NCBI GenBank assembly: GCA_043228905.1
Contig: JBHGNT010000017.1
Location: 11,036,001 to 11,100,000, forward strand
Direction: 5' to 3'
DNA length: 64,000 nt
Source of the DNA: Azolla caroliniana
Lineage: Eukaryota > Plantae > Polypodiophyta
Part shown: positions 11,484 through 21,900 of the stretch, piece after piece
How the letters are laid out: the number at the start of each line of letters is the position of its first letter
Position numbering within the stretch: position 1 is the stretch's first letter
Position numbers and translations under genes: made by a program
Notes under the pieces: generated by a model
Databases searched by the model: none
What the model saw: the letters and a program-made list of their open reading frames with translations, nothing else
What the model was told of the DNA's origin: nothing

Positions 11484-12350
11484 GAAGATTATCATTCTAT
11501 TAAGATCGAGAAATTGACAATAATAATCATGGTGATGATGAAGACATAATATTTTCAACATAAATAAATCTTAAAGTTTCCATTTCAAAGGATAATCAAT
11601 AAATATTAAACCCTTAAAAAAATAGTTCTGAAATAACCAATGCTTAAAAAAAGTTCTGGAAAAAACAGTTCTGAAGCCATACCGAGTGAAGGAGACGACA
11701 TACCGAGGGAAGATTATCATTCTATTAAGATCTAGAACTTGACAATAATAATCATGATGATGATGAAGACATTATCTTTTTAGCATAAATAAATCTTCAA
11801 CTTTCCATTTCAAAGGATAATCAATAAATATTAAACCTTAAAAAACAGTTCTGAAATAACCAATGCTTAAAAAATAGTTTTGAATACATACCGAGGGAAG
11901 ATTATCATTCTATTAAGATCTAGAACTTGACAATAATAATCATGATGATGATGAAGACATTATCTTTTCAGCATAAATAAGTCTTCAAGTTTCCATTTCA
12001 AAGGATAATCAATAAATATTAAACCTTAAAAAACAGTTTTGAAATAACCAATGCTTAAAAAACAGTTCTAAAGACATACCGAGGGAAGGAGACGACATAC
12101 CGAGGGAAGATTATCATTCTATTAAGATCTAGAACTTGACAATAATAATCATGATGATGATGATGACATTATCTTTTTAGCATAAATAACTCTTCAAGTT
12201 TCTATTTCAAAGGATAATCAATAAATATTAAACCTTAAAAATAGTTTTGAAATAACCAATGCTTAAAAAACAGTTCTGAAGACATACCGAGGGAAGGAGA
12301 CGACATGCCAAGGGAAGAAGAAGACATACCGGGGGAAGGAGAAGACATAG
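11484..12350. repeat. Tandem repeat, 4 units of ~190-225 bp with variable 21-bp subrepeat
   Basis: GAAGATTATCATTCTATTAAGATC recurs at 11484, 11709, 11897 and 12106; GACATACCGAGGGAAGGAGAC subunits vary in number. Confidence 0.92.
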
Positions 12351-13099
12351 CGACGAAAGGCGAAGATGGCTCAGATGTGTGACACAAAGAACGCTTAATC
12401 ATTTCCACATAGGTTTGATTCGTAGATAAGGAATGGCAAGAACCCAAATCTTGGGGACATTCGCGTGCTGTGAATACCTGAGATGCAGAGAACGACAAAC
12501 ATAGATGGGCTCGGTTGGAAGGAGGAAGGGGATGCGCCAAAATGGTGAGAAGCGCCAAATTCAATTAATGTGGTGTGCTAAATTAAAAGTGAGGGGAAAA
12601 TAGCCCCCAAATCAATCTTGACTCCTGAATACCTCACAACTGTTTCCCCCCATTAAATGCAATGTGTACTACCCCCACCCCACTCCGTAAAGAGATTATA
12701 AAAAATTTCGGTTTTTTAAAAATATTTTTTATAATTACTTAGTACTAACAGTACTAAAAGTACTCGTGTTTTTGTTGGCCAAAAACAATACTTTTTTGGT
12801 ACACCGTAGCATACTTCGACCCTTTGGTTTTCATTTAGATTGGAATTTCGGGCGGATCATCTTCCACCTGAATCGGCCTCCGACTCTACCTTCCTTGCTG
12901 CCATCTCCTGTCTCTCCGGTCTCACATTAGTTCTCGGACACAACCACCAAAGTCTCTAGAATTACTGGGCAAGAATCCGCAGTATTATCGTCCTCCGTCG
13001 TTTCACCCATAGCCACCTTCTCGGTTATCTCTCCATCGTATGCATCGGCTTTGCCCTTCGTTTTCTCTTAGTGTAAATATAAGTCATATATCACTTATG

Positions 13100-14603
13100 A
13101 TAAGTTATTACAATAGTAAAGTTTGGGTTTATTTACATGGAGGTATAAGGTTCGAATCATGCCCTATGCATGTAACAATGTTTTCTTCTATTTACAAATT
13201 TGTCTCTTCATCCGGTGAGAGACTCTCACCGGCCCTCTTCATCCGGCTCTTGTCGGTTCTGCTTGATCCAATTCTTACCGGGTCTCCTTATCGGGTCTTC
13301 CTTGCCGGTTCCTCCTTCATCCAGTTCTCACCGGTTCTCCTTACCAGGTCCTCCTTACTGGTTCCTCCTTGCCGATTCCTCCTTATCCCATCCGGAGGGA
13401 CCAAAATGCAATTTTCACATAGTGTTCGAATTACACTATGACACTTGCCCCCTCCAAACCCGCACATCCTCTGGATTGTGCCGAAGTTCCCGATGCCTGT
13501 TGTTCATCTTCATCCATAGCACTTTCTCGCAATCGCGAATATGGTTGACTACGAACTGTCGGCATCCCCAATCATCCATAGTCTCATCTTTTTCTTCCAC
13601 CGCGCATCCTTTCATCGAAATGTCATCTAGGAATGGCATCGTTATCTCCGGAATGCAGTCTCGAAGCACCTTGTTCATTGCATTCATCATATGTGTGACC
13701 GAGTTCGTTGCGCCTTGTGGTAGTGTCCACATACGGACTAATCCTATCGATGTTCGCATGGTAGTGATGTCTCGGCTCTCCACGGTTAGTTGGAATTGGT
13801 CATACCCGGAGTATAGGTCTCCGATGGAGTATATCGCGCATCTGGCAAATGCTTCCGCAAATTCGTCCACTATCGGACCAACTCCGGAGTTCCGGATCGT
13901 GACCTTGTTCACTGGTTGCAATTTTTGAATAAACTGGAGTGACCCATTCTTCTTTGGAACCATGAACCATCGATTTGAGTACGGAGCATTTGATGGCTCT
14001 AGAATCCCCATTGCCACCTTCTCCTTAAGCAAGTCGATGACTTTCAGAATATGCACTCGTGGCACCAGAATCGGTTTCAGGTTCCACGACACATGATCAA
14101 TCGTGAAGATCACCATCGGCTCCACTATCTTTGGATCAACGCACCCTATCTCCTTCAATGTGAATGCAAATGCTTTTCCATGTTTTTCCAACATCTCACA
14201 AAACCGTTCTTCTTCTTTTTGTAAGAGGAAACCACCTCCACCGATCCGAAGTTTTTCCCGGGTCTCATCCGTAAAAGCATGTCCGATATCCACGGACTTT
14301 CGAATTGTCGGATCTCCCGAGACTTCTTTCCTCTTTTGTTCGCTATCGGTGGGTAGCGGTCCCGCAGCCAGTTTCACTTTCTTCTCCATGGTCTTGTATT
14401 TCGTACTTACCATTGCTTCTTCTTTGAGGAGCGCATCCGGCCCCATTTTCGCAATGATCTCGTACATCTCGATCGATTCCGCCGGAACTACCCGGTCTCC
14501 TTGGCTATTTTCTTTCGCAAGCCCTTCAAGCCGTTATAGCGTGCTCCCATCGAACACTTCTTCGACTACTCCCACGATTTCTTTTATTATTGATGCCGAC
14601 CAT
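13100..14603 (-). mobile_element. Truncated Phygy-like Ty3/gypsy: RT fragment, PPT and part of the 3' LTR
   Basis: ORF 13436-14467 with KKNGSLQFIQKLQPVNKVTIRN, DLYSGYDQ, LPQGATNS, PFLDDI; deletion to PPT GGAGGGGGCAAG (13444-13455); LTR terminus CACTATGACA at 13443, homologous to the LTRs at 36293-37090 and 57238-58042. Left LTR end not resolved. Confidence 0.82.
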
Positions 14604-15036
14604 TGTCATGATATGGCAAGACTCGAACCCATGACCTTATGTTATATGGGTCGAGCTCTTGACAATTATACTATCTTTTGTAATACGTACGATATTATTT
14701 TCATTTAAGTTTTATTATAGGAAATTAATGTATATTCCAGATTTCTCGAGAACATTCTAGAAGCTTCAGGATTACTCCTGAGAACACTATAAAAGAAGGT
14801 ACTAGGCATTATGTTGAACCAAATTGGTTCAACGCCAGTCTTAAGCCTCTTAGCCACTTTGTACTTATCCTTCACATAATATATTAGCTATTATCATCAT
14901 CTCTCTCTCTCTCTCATCCTCACTATCTCTCTCTCCTCTTCTCTCTTTCTCTCTCGGGAATCTTTCGCAGTCCCGTCCTCTTAGTACTAATAGTACTTCT
15001 CTTCTTTAGTACTAATTCTCTCTCTGCTTTAGTACT

Positions 15037-15407
15037 TGTTGTATGTATGGCTGGACTAGCCGCAACACAGGTGTCTATCCGACACTTCTCCAAAGGGGTG
15101 GTAGGGATAGAATGTTAATACACGCGTATGATAATTACACTTAAGCACAGACGAAGACAAGATTAATCAGCATAAGCAAAACTATATTAATTCTTCGCCC
15201 CTTCATTACAAAACATCGGATCCTTTTATAGGCATCCGGCCAGATTACAATCGGTGCTCGGTAGGCAACCGTTAACCGAAACCGAATCGGTTCGGATCCG
15301 GATCGGTTACAACTACCGGATCCGTCCCTCCTAATAATTCTATTCCTATTTCTATATTTATCCGATCCGACCTTGCTTTCCCATTTGCCTTCTCTGACCG
15401 GCCAACA
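15037..15407 (-). repeat. 3' LTR of element A
   Basis: Direct repeat of 24745-25115; TGTTG...CAACA. Confidence 0.97.
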
Positions 15408-15409
15408 CA

Positions 15410-15450
15410 TGGCACGCCCGTGGGAAAGTGCATTGCACTTCGAACCCACA
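15410..15450 (+). promoter_or_regulatory. Inverted tRNA-Arg PBS-like module at the PPT position (element A)
   Basis: TGGCACGCCCGTGGGAA-AGTGCATTGCACT-TCGAACCCACA, 2 nt from the LTR; no purine tract. Confidence 0.85.
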
Positions 15451-15457
15451 GCCGGCT

Positions 15458-18373
15458 TCAGTCTTCCTCCAAATTATCAGGCAAACTCCGCTCCGAGGTT
15501 TCAAGTGTTGTTTTGCCTGTGCCGTCTCCGACGTCCGATTGGATTGGCTGCCTTTTCGCATCTTGCTGCTCCGACTCTGCTTGTACCGGTGGTACCGATG
15601 TTTCTTCTGTATCCTGTCCGGGTCTGTCCTGCTCCACCTCCGTTCCGTTCCCGGTATCGCTCTCTCCGGTTTCCACTGGTTGTGTCCTTTCCTCCCCGGA
15701 TTCGGTACTTCTCTGTCTCCACTCTGCATCATCCCCGGCATCAACCTGCTCTTGCTCCGGAAGTTCTTCCTCGGGTAATTCTTGTCGGGGTACATTGTTG
15801 GTTGGGTCTTCTTCAGCCGGTCGCTCGCCCTCACTAATGGAGATCGGCGTTGTGTGTCCCTCGGCTTCCTGTCGCAGTCGGTCCTTCTCGTACCCTTCCA
15901 ATTCTAGTTGGGTTTCGAGCTGTCCGTCATCCAACCTCTCTACTAACCCTCGGATTTCCTTGAGATGCTCTTCTGCTAGAGCATAGAAATCCTCCGACAG
16001 TTCTTCCCGGATGTTGACGATACTTTCTTCGTCCATTTTATAGAACCCATCTCCGTTTTTCTTCCGATTTTCTGCATCAGCTCGGAGTATCTGCAGTTCA
16101 GCTGCCTGTTGTGCCCATTCCCTCCAGAGCTTCTCCGTGCTTTCATTTATGCTGGCCTGAGCTCGGGTACTCCAACTTGACATGATGAACTTAATTCGGC
16201 CAACCCCTGCTTTAGCCTGTTCCGAAGCTGCTTGTTTTTCCTTCCTTATCCGTTTGATGATGTCGGCCATTAACTGAGCTTGAGCTTCAGAGTCGACTTT
16301 TTGCTTGTCACAGGTACTCCGCCATTTGTTGATTTCGAAAGTCAACTTCACTTTCTCCTCATTCCTGCTCTTTGTCAGCTCCCCTACTTTCTGCCGAAGT
16401 ACTTCCATCTCCTTTCTTTGTTCCGACGTCAAGGTCTTCTCCGCCGATACTTCCTCCCTTGCTTTGGACAATTCCAAGCGGTTTTCCTTGAGCTGCTCTT
16501 TCAGCTTCTCTATCTGTCGGTCGTACGTTGCTGCCTGATTCTTGATGTCCGACGTGGCCTGTTTATAATCCTTACATAGTCTGTCGAATTCCTCCGTCTT
16601 CTGTTTTAGGCGTCGGTTCGCCTGAGCTCGCAACTGATCATCCCGGTCCTTTTGTTGTCGGAGTTCCTCTCGCAACCGCTCAATTTCCTGCTCCATTCGT
16701 CGGCGCAGCCTATCTTTTTCCTTTTGCAGTGTCCCGTTTTCTTCTTGTAGTCGGTCATTGGTGGCTTTGCTTCGGCGAAGGCCTTCCTCCATTCGCCGTC
16801 TGTCGTCTTCTACCAACTTCCGCTGTTCTCTTTCGTTATCTCTCAATGCCTCCTGAGCCTATAATTCTTCTTTCAAAGTTGCTATTAACTTCTCGGTCTC
16901 AGGGCCGGTTTGCAAGGCCCTCTCCGTTTCTGGTTCGGCTTGCTTTTCTGATGTCCCGACCGGCTCGGTGCCATCTTGTGCTTGTCGGCTGCCTTCTTTT
17001 GCCTGTGCTAGCTCTTCTTGCAGCTCATGTAATTGTGCCCGGAGCATGACCATATCCTTAGTCATCGTCCTAGTCACTTCTTCTCTTTGCTCCTCCTCTT
17101 TCTCCATCTGGTCTGCTACTCCCGACAACTGCCCTGACAACCACCTTAGCCATTGTGCCTTTGTTCTGCCTTCGTTGGTGTCAGCAGGCGTGCCTAGCTC
17201 TGGCTGTTTTTCCGGCTGTTTCTCCGGCCTCTTCTCTTGTTCCGGCGCTTGTTCCTTTCTTTGTTCTTCGAACTCCGCCGCCGTCGGTTCCGGTACTGCC
17301 GTCTCTGGTGCAGACGGACCTTCATCCTGTGTCGCTTCTGTACCGGTTACTGGAGGCGGTTCTTTTGCCCGTTGCTGAGTTCCGTCCGCTGTTGGGGTTA
17401 GTCTTGTCGCTCGTTTCTCCTTTCCTTGCCTGGGTGGTAGTATTAACATCGGTTCGGATGAGTCTTCCTCTGTTTCAGCGTCCTCCGTCGGTGCCACTAT
17501 TGGTTCCTTTACTGGTACCGGTTCCGATTCGAGCGTTACTGGTTCGGTGTCGGTTTGCCTCTTGCTGGTCTTCTTTGCCAGCTTCTCCTTGCCTTTTTCC
17601 GCCTTTTTCTTCTTCGTTGTCGGTTGCTGTTGCTGTTTCTGTGGCTGCCATGATGGGCCTTCCTCCCTTTGCTGTCGGGATGAGTCTTCTTCCCGCGGTT
17701 GTCGAGATGAGCCTTCTTTCCGCGGCTGTCGGGATGATCCTTCTTCCCGCGGCGCTTCTTCTTCCTGTGTCCATCCTGGAGTGTGTTTCTCTAGGATTCG
17801 TCGGCGCTTCATGGTTTGCTTCGGGGTAGTCTCCTGCCGACTTCTTTGCTTGTGCTTGATGGGGGACACCGGTGGGACCAACACTGTTAACCATTGGGAT
17901 ATTCCGGCCCATGGCTTCTTCCCTTCCACTAAGTGCTTGATCGCCTCTTTCAGTCCTTCGGTGATGAAATGGAGCCAGTCCACCTGCAGGCCTTCGAATG
18001 TCGCGATGACGATCGCTGCTCGGTATTTGGCTATGGCTGCCGGACGAGGGTTCACGAACCCGTACTCCATCAGGGCGCGGGCCACCTCTCCGAACAGCAG
18101 GTTCTCTCCGCCCTGTGTGCGATACGCCTTGCTGCTAAGGGAGTATTCGCCGAAATACTCGAAGAATATTTGGCTCGAGGGTAGCTCTATCGTCTGAAGT
18201 CCTCCCTCCAAAATCCCTGTGAGCGCTTGTACCGCTCCTTCAGTGACCTCTGCTAAGTCCACCGCTGTTGCCGCCTGCTCTGGTTCCTTGTGTGGTGGAG
18301 CGTCAGCGACCCGCAGCAGCCCTCCTAATCCGTTCTCCGTCAGCCATTGTCGCGCTCCGTCCGACAGTGCCAT
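15458..18373 (-). CDS. Element A accessory ORF (~971 codons, one in-frame TAG at 16859-16861): globular N-domain, acidic/Pro linker, coiled coil, conserved C-motif
   Basis: ORFs 16859-18625 and 15458-16846 are in frame (EEL*AQEALRD versus DELAAQEALRS in element D). Start inferred from homology (MALSDGARQWL). Confidence 0.85.
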
Positions 18374-18616
18374 CGCTTCTTCTTCGTCTGCTGCTGCCTG
18401 TGGTCTGAGGTCGGGGTGTAGGTGTTCTGCGCGTCGGATCTTGCTGTCTTGGGCCTGCGTTTGCTTGTGGGAAAATTCGTAAAAAGTGAACCCTTCCCCG
18501 GTTCTTCCTTTATATAGTGGCGTTTCCCTCGAGCCGCCTTTTCCTGTTTTTCGCGCATGCGTATCTTCTGCCATAATTAGCATCTCACTTTTTAATTTCG
18601 GCGTCTGCACGTCCTC

Positions 18617-18714
18617 GAATAGCATGTCCTATTTTTGGCGCCTGCGCATGCTCTGTCATGAATAGCATGTCCTATTTTTGGCGCCTGCGCATGCTCTGTC
18701 ATGAATAGCATGTC
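18617..18714. repeat. 43-bp tandem duplication (x2.3) in the pol-accessory ORF spacer
   Basis: GAATAGCATGTCCTATTTTTGGCGCCTGCGCATGCTCTGTCAT at 18617 and 18660. Confidence 0.93.
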
Positions 18715-18971
18715 TGTCCTTTGCTGCCGCGTGTCCTGCTTGCGCTTCTTTGCCGCGTGTGTTGAATCTCCTACGTGTCTGTCATTATGACTCCTTGATT
18801 GCCGCACGTATTAAGTCCTGTACCTCGGCGCCCCCACGTTCTGTGCTTTAAATAGCTCGTGCACCCGTGTGACGGTTGTAACTACTTCCTTCATCATTCC
18901 CATGATTTTCTTGATCGTCTTGTCTTGACTTTTCTTCCCGTAGCTCTCCTCAAGTTATAACATATGCCGCA

Positions 18972-21900
18972 TCATTGTTCGGTTCCCCCCGATGTGTTCG
19001 GGTCGGTGCGCACTGTTGTCGGTTCCTCGTCGTTGTTACGCGTCGGTGTCGGTTCCTCGCCATTCGGGTTTTCCGGGTCTTGCTTGAAGGGGTTAGCTGG
19101 CATGTGCCCCTTATACGGTTTTAGGCGAAACCCATTTGCCCATTTGCCCACAACTTCTCCTGACAACGTCCCGAGCTGGTAAGACCCATTGTACTCCTTT
19201 GTGATCCAGAATGGTCCGGTCCATCGAAATCGCAATTTCCCCGGCATGTTCCCCATCCGTGTCTGGAACAGCAATACTGGTTTCCCGACTTCGAATTCCT
19301 TTTCGTTACCGCGCCGATGTCGGTCTACAAAGGCTTTCCTCCTCCTTTGCTCTAGTTCTAGCTGAAGCAGGCTGGCTATTCGATTCTCTTCCAGTTCCAA
19401 CAGCATCGCCAGCCGGATTCGTTCGGATTCCTTCTCGCTTAACCGCTCCTTAACCTGTATTCTTAAGCTAGGAATTTGGAATTCTACTGGCATGACTGCT
19501 TCCAAGCCGAATGCCAGTCGGAACGGGGTCGTCCGGATGCTAGTCTTGTACGCCGTTCGGTACGCCCACAACACGCTCTGCAACTTCGTGTGCCAGTCGG
19601 TCCGGTTCTCATTGACGATTTTTCTAAGGATGTTCTGTAGCGTTTTATTCGTTGATTCCGCTAATCCGTTGGCTTGAGGGTAGTAGGGAGTGCTTCGTTT
19701 GTGTACTACCGCATAGAATGAGGTCAAACTTTCCACCACCTGCCCGAGGAAATGTCCTCCCTGGTCACTGATCAGCTCAATCGGGCATCCGTACCGACAC
19801 CATATGCATTCATATAAAAATTTGGCCGTGGACGCCGCCGTGTTGTCCCGTAGTGCCTTTGCTTCTACCCATTTGGTGCAGTAGTCGGTAGCCACTATTA
19901 TATACCGATTTCCGGTTCGCATTGCCGGTGGCTTGAAGGGGCCGACAAAGTCTAAGCCCCACTTTTGGAATGGTTCTAATGGCAAGACCGGGTGATGTGG
20001 CATCCGGGCCTGCTCCGTGGGTTGGCCCAGTCGTTGACACAGCTCGCATTCCCTGCTATACTTAACGGCATCTCTCATGGTAGTCGGCCACCATAGTCCG
20101 CTCTGCCATATCTTCCGGGCTGTTGTTTCGCCGGCATAATGCCCGCCTGCAATTCCACAGTGGGCTTCCCTCAGGATCAGATCCTTTTCATCGCTCCGCA
20201 CTGCTCGCCTCCATACGCCATCTGCCCCCTTGTGATAGAGGGTGTCTCCTACCAAGCAGAAATGTCTGCTCCGTACTGCCATCCTCTTCCGTTCGTCTCG
20301 GTCCAGGTTTTCCGGGGGAACTCCGGTGCTCAGGAACTGATGCATTTCGGTTAACCATTTGTCTTCGTCCGCTACTGTGGTCTCCGTTGCCGGTGCCGTC
20401 GTGACCTTAAACAGCTCGGCGTCGGGAAATTCGTCCTGTACGCCGTCCCCTGATTCTCCGGATTCTAGTCTGCTCAGGTAGTCTGCTACCGCATGCTGCA
20501 CCCCGGGTCGGTGGAAAATGTCGAATTCGAATTCCTGTAATAGCAGCGTCCACCGTGCGAGTTTTCCTGTCAGGGCTGCCTTTGAGACCAGGTAGAGTAG
20601 TGCTGAGTGGTCAACGTGGAAAGAGAACTTTCGTCCGAGCAGATAGTGCCTGTACTTTGTGACACTGTACACCATTCCTAATGCCTCTCGTTCCGTTGTA
20701 GAGTAGTTCCGTTCGGCTTTCGAGAGTTTCCTACTTGCGTAGTACACCGGCCGATACCATTTCGGTTCCGTGAGTTGCATCAAAACACTGCCGATTGCTA
20801 CGTCCGACGCGTCGACGAAGACGTGAAAGCTTTTACTCCAGTCCGGCGGCTGCACCACCGGAGCTTGTGACAGCATGACCTTCAACGCTTGGTAGGCTGC
20901 CTCCTCCGTTTCTGTCCATTGGAAAGGTACTCTATGTACAGCAGCGTGCAATGGTGTCGCAAAGTCGGCAAGGTGCCGTAACATCCGACTATGCCACCTT
21001 ATTTGACCAAGGAATCGGCTTAAAGCCTTTGCGCTATTCGGTGCCGGTGCGTCGAGAATTGCTTTTACCTTATCCGGATCTACCGCGATTCCTTCCCGAC
21101 TCACCACGTGGCCTAACAAGTTGCCGCTTGCGACTCCAAAGACGCACTTAGCCGGGTTCAGACTTAATCGGTACTCGCGGCACTTTTCTAAGCATAGTCG
21201 TAGGTGATCGAGATGCTCTCCGTGTCGGCTGTAGACGGCGAAATCGTCTAGGAAGACCTGCATAAAACCGGGAATAAAATCACCGAAGATTTCCATAATT
21301 ATCCTTTGAAATGTTGCAGGGGCTGTCTTTAATCCGAACATCATCACGACGGCGACGAACACTCCCCATTCCGTCACGAACGCTGTTTTCTCTTGGTCGG
21401 CCGGGTTCATTCGGATTTGGTTGTAGCCGCTGAATCCGTCCAGGAAGCTGTAAACTTCGTGGCCGGCCACCGCATCTAGCACTCCGTCCGTGAATGGTAG
21501 TGGAAAAGCGTCGGTCACTGTCGCGGCATTTAGTTTCCTGTAGTCCACACATACCCGGATTTTGCCGTTCTTTTTCGGGACCACCACTATCGGGCTTAGC
21601 CAGGTTGCCTGCTTGACTGGTCGGATAAATCCGACCCGGAGAAGCTTGTCAATTTCCTCCTTCACCTTTGCCGCATAGTTTGGATTCATCCGGTACCGAC
21701 GTTGAGCGATGGGTTTCGCGTCAGTACTTAGATGAATTTGGTGCTGGTAGAGCTGGGGGTCCAACCCTCGCATGTCTTCGTATGACCATGCGAACACGTC
21801 CTTGAAATCCGTTAACAGTGCTACCATTGCCTGTTTTTCCTCCTTCGGCAATTCCTTCGCGACTTTTACCGGTCGGGGTTGTTCTGTTGTGCCGAGGTCC

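Noticed and set aside
11484-12350. Regular repeats as a CRISPR-like array
   Set aside because: Units are ~200-bp near-identical tandem copies without unique spacers; eukaryotic context and no cas genes.
12806-13100. Continuation of the Phygy-like 3' LTR
   Set aside because: No visible similarity to the corresponding part of the other LTR copies; left unassigned.
15410-15450. Genuine tRNA gene or insertion next to a host tRNA
   Set aside because: Lies inside the TSD-bounded element, includes encoded CCA, lacks the 5' half, and recurs at the same offset in three elements.
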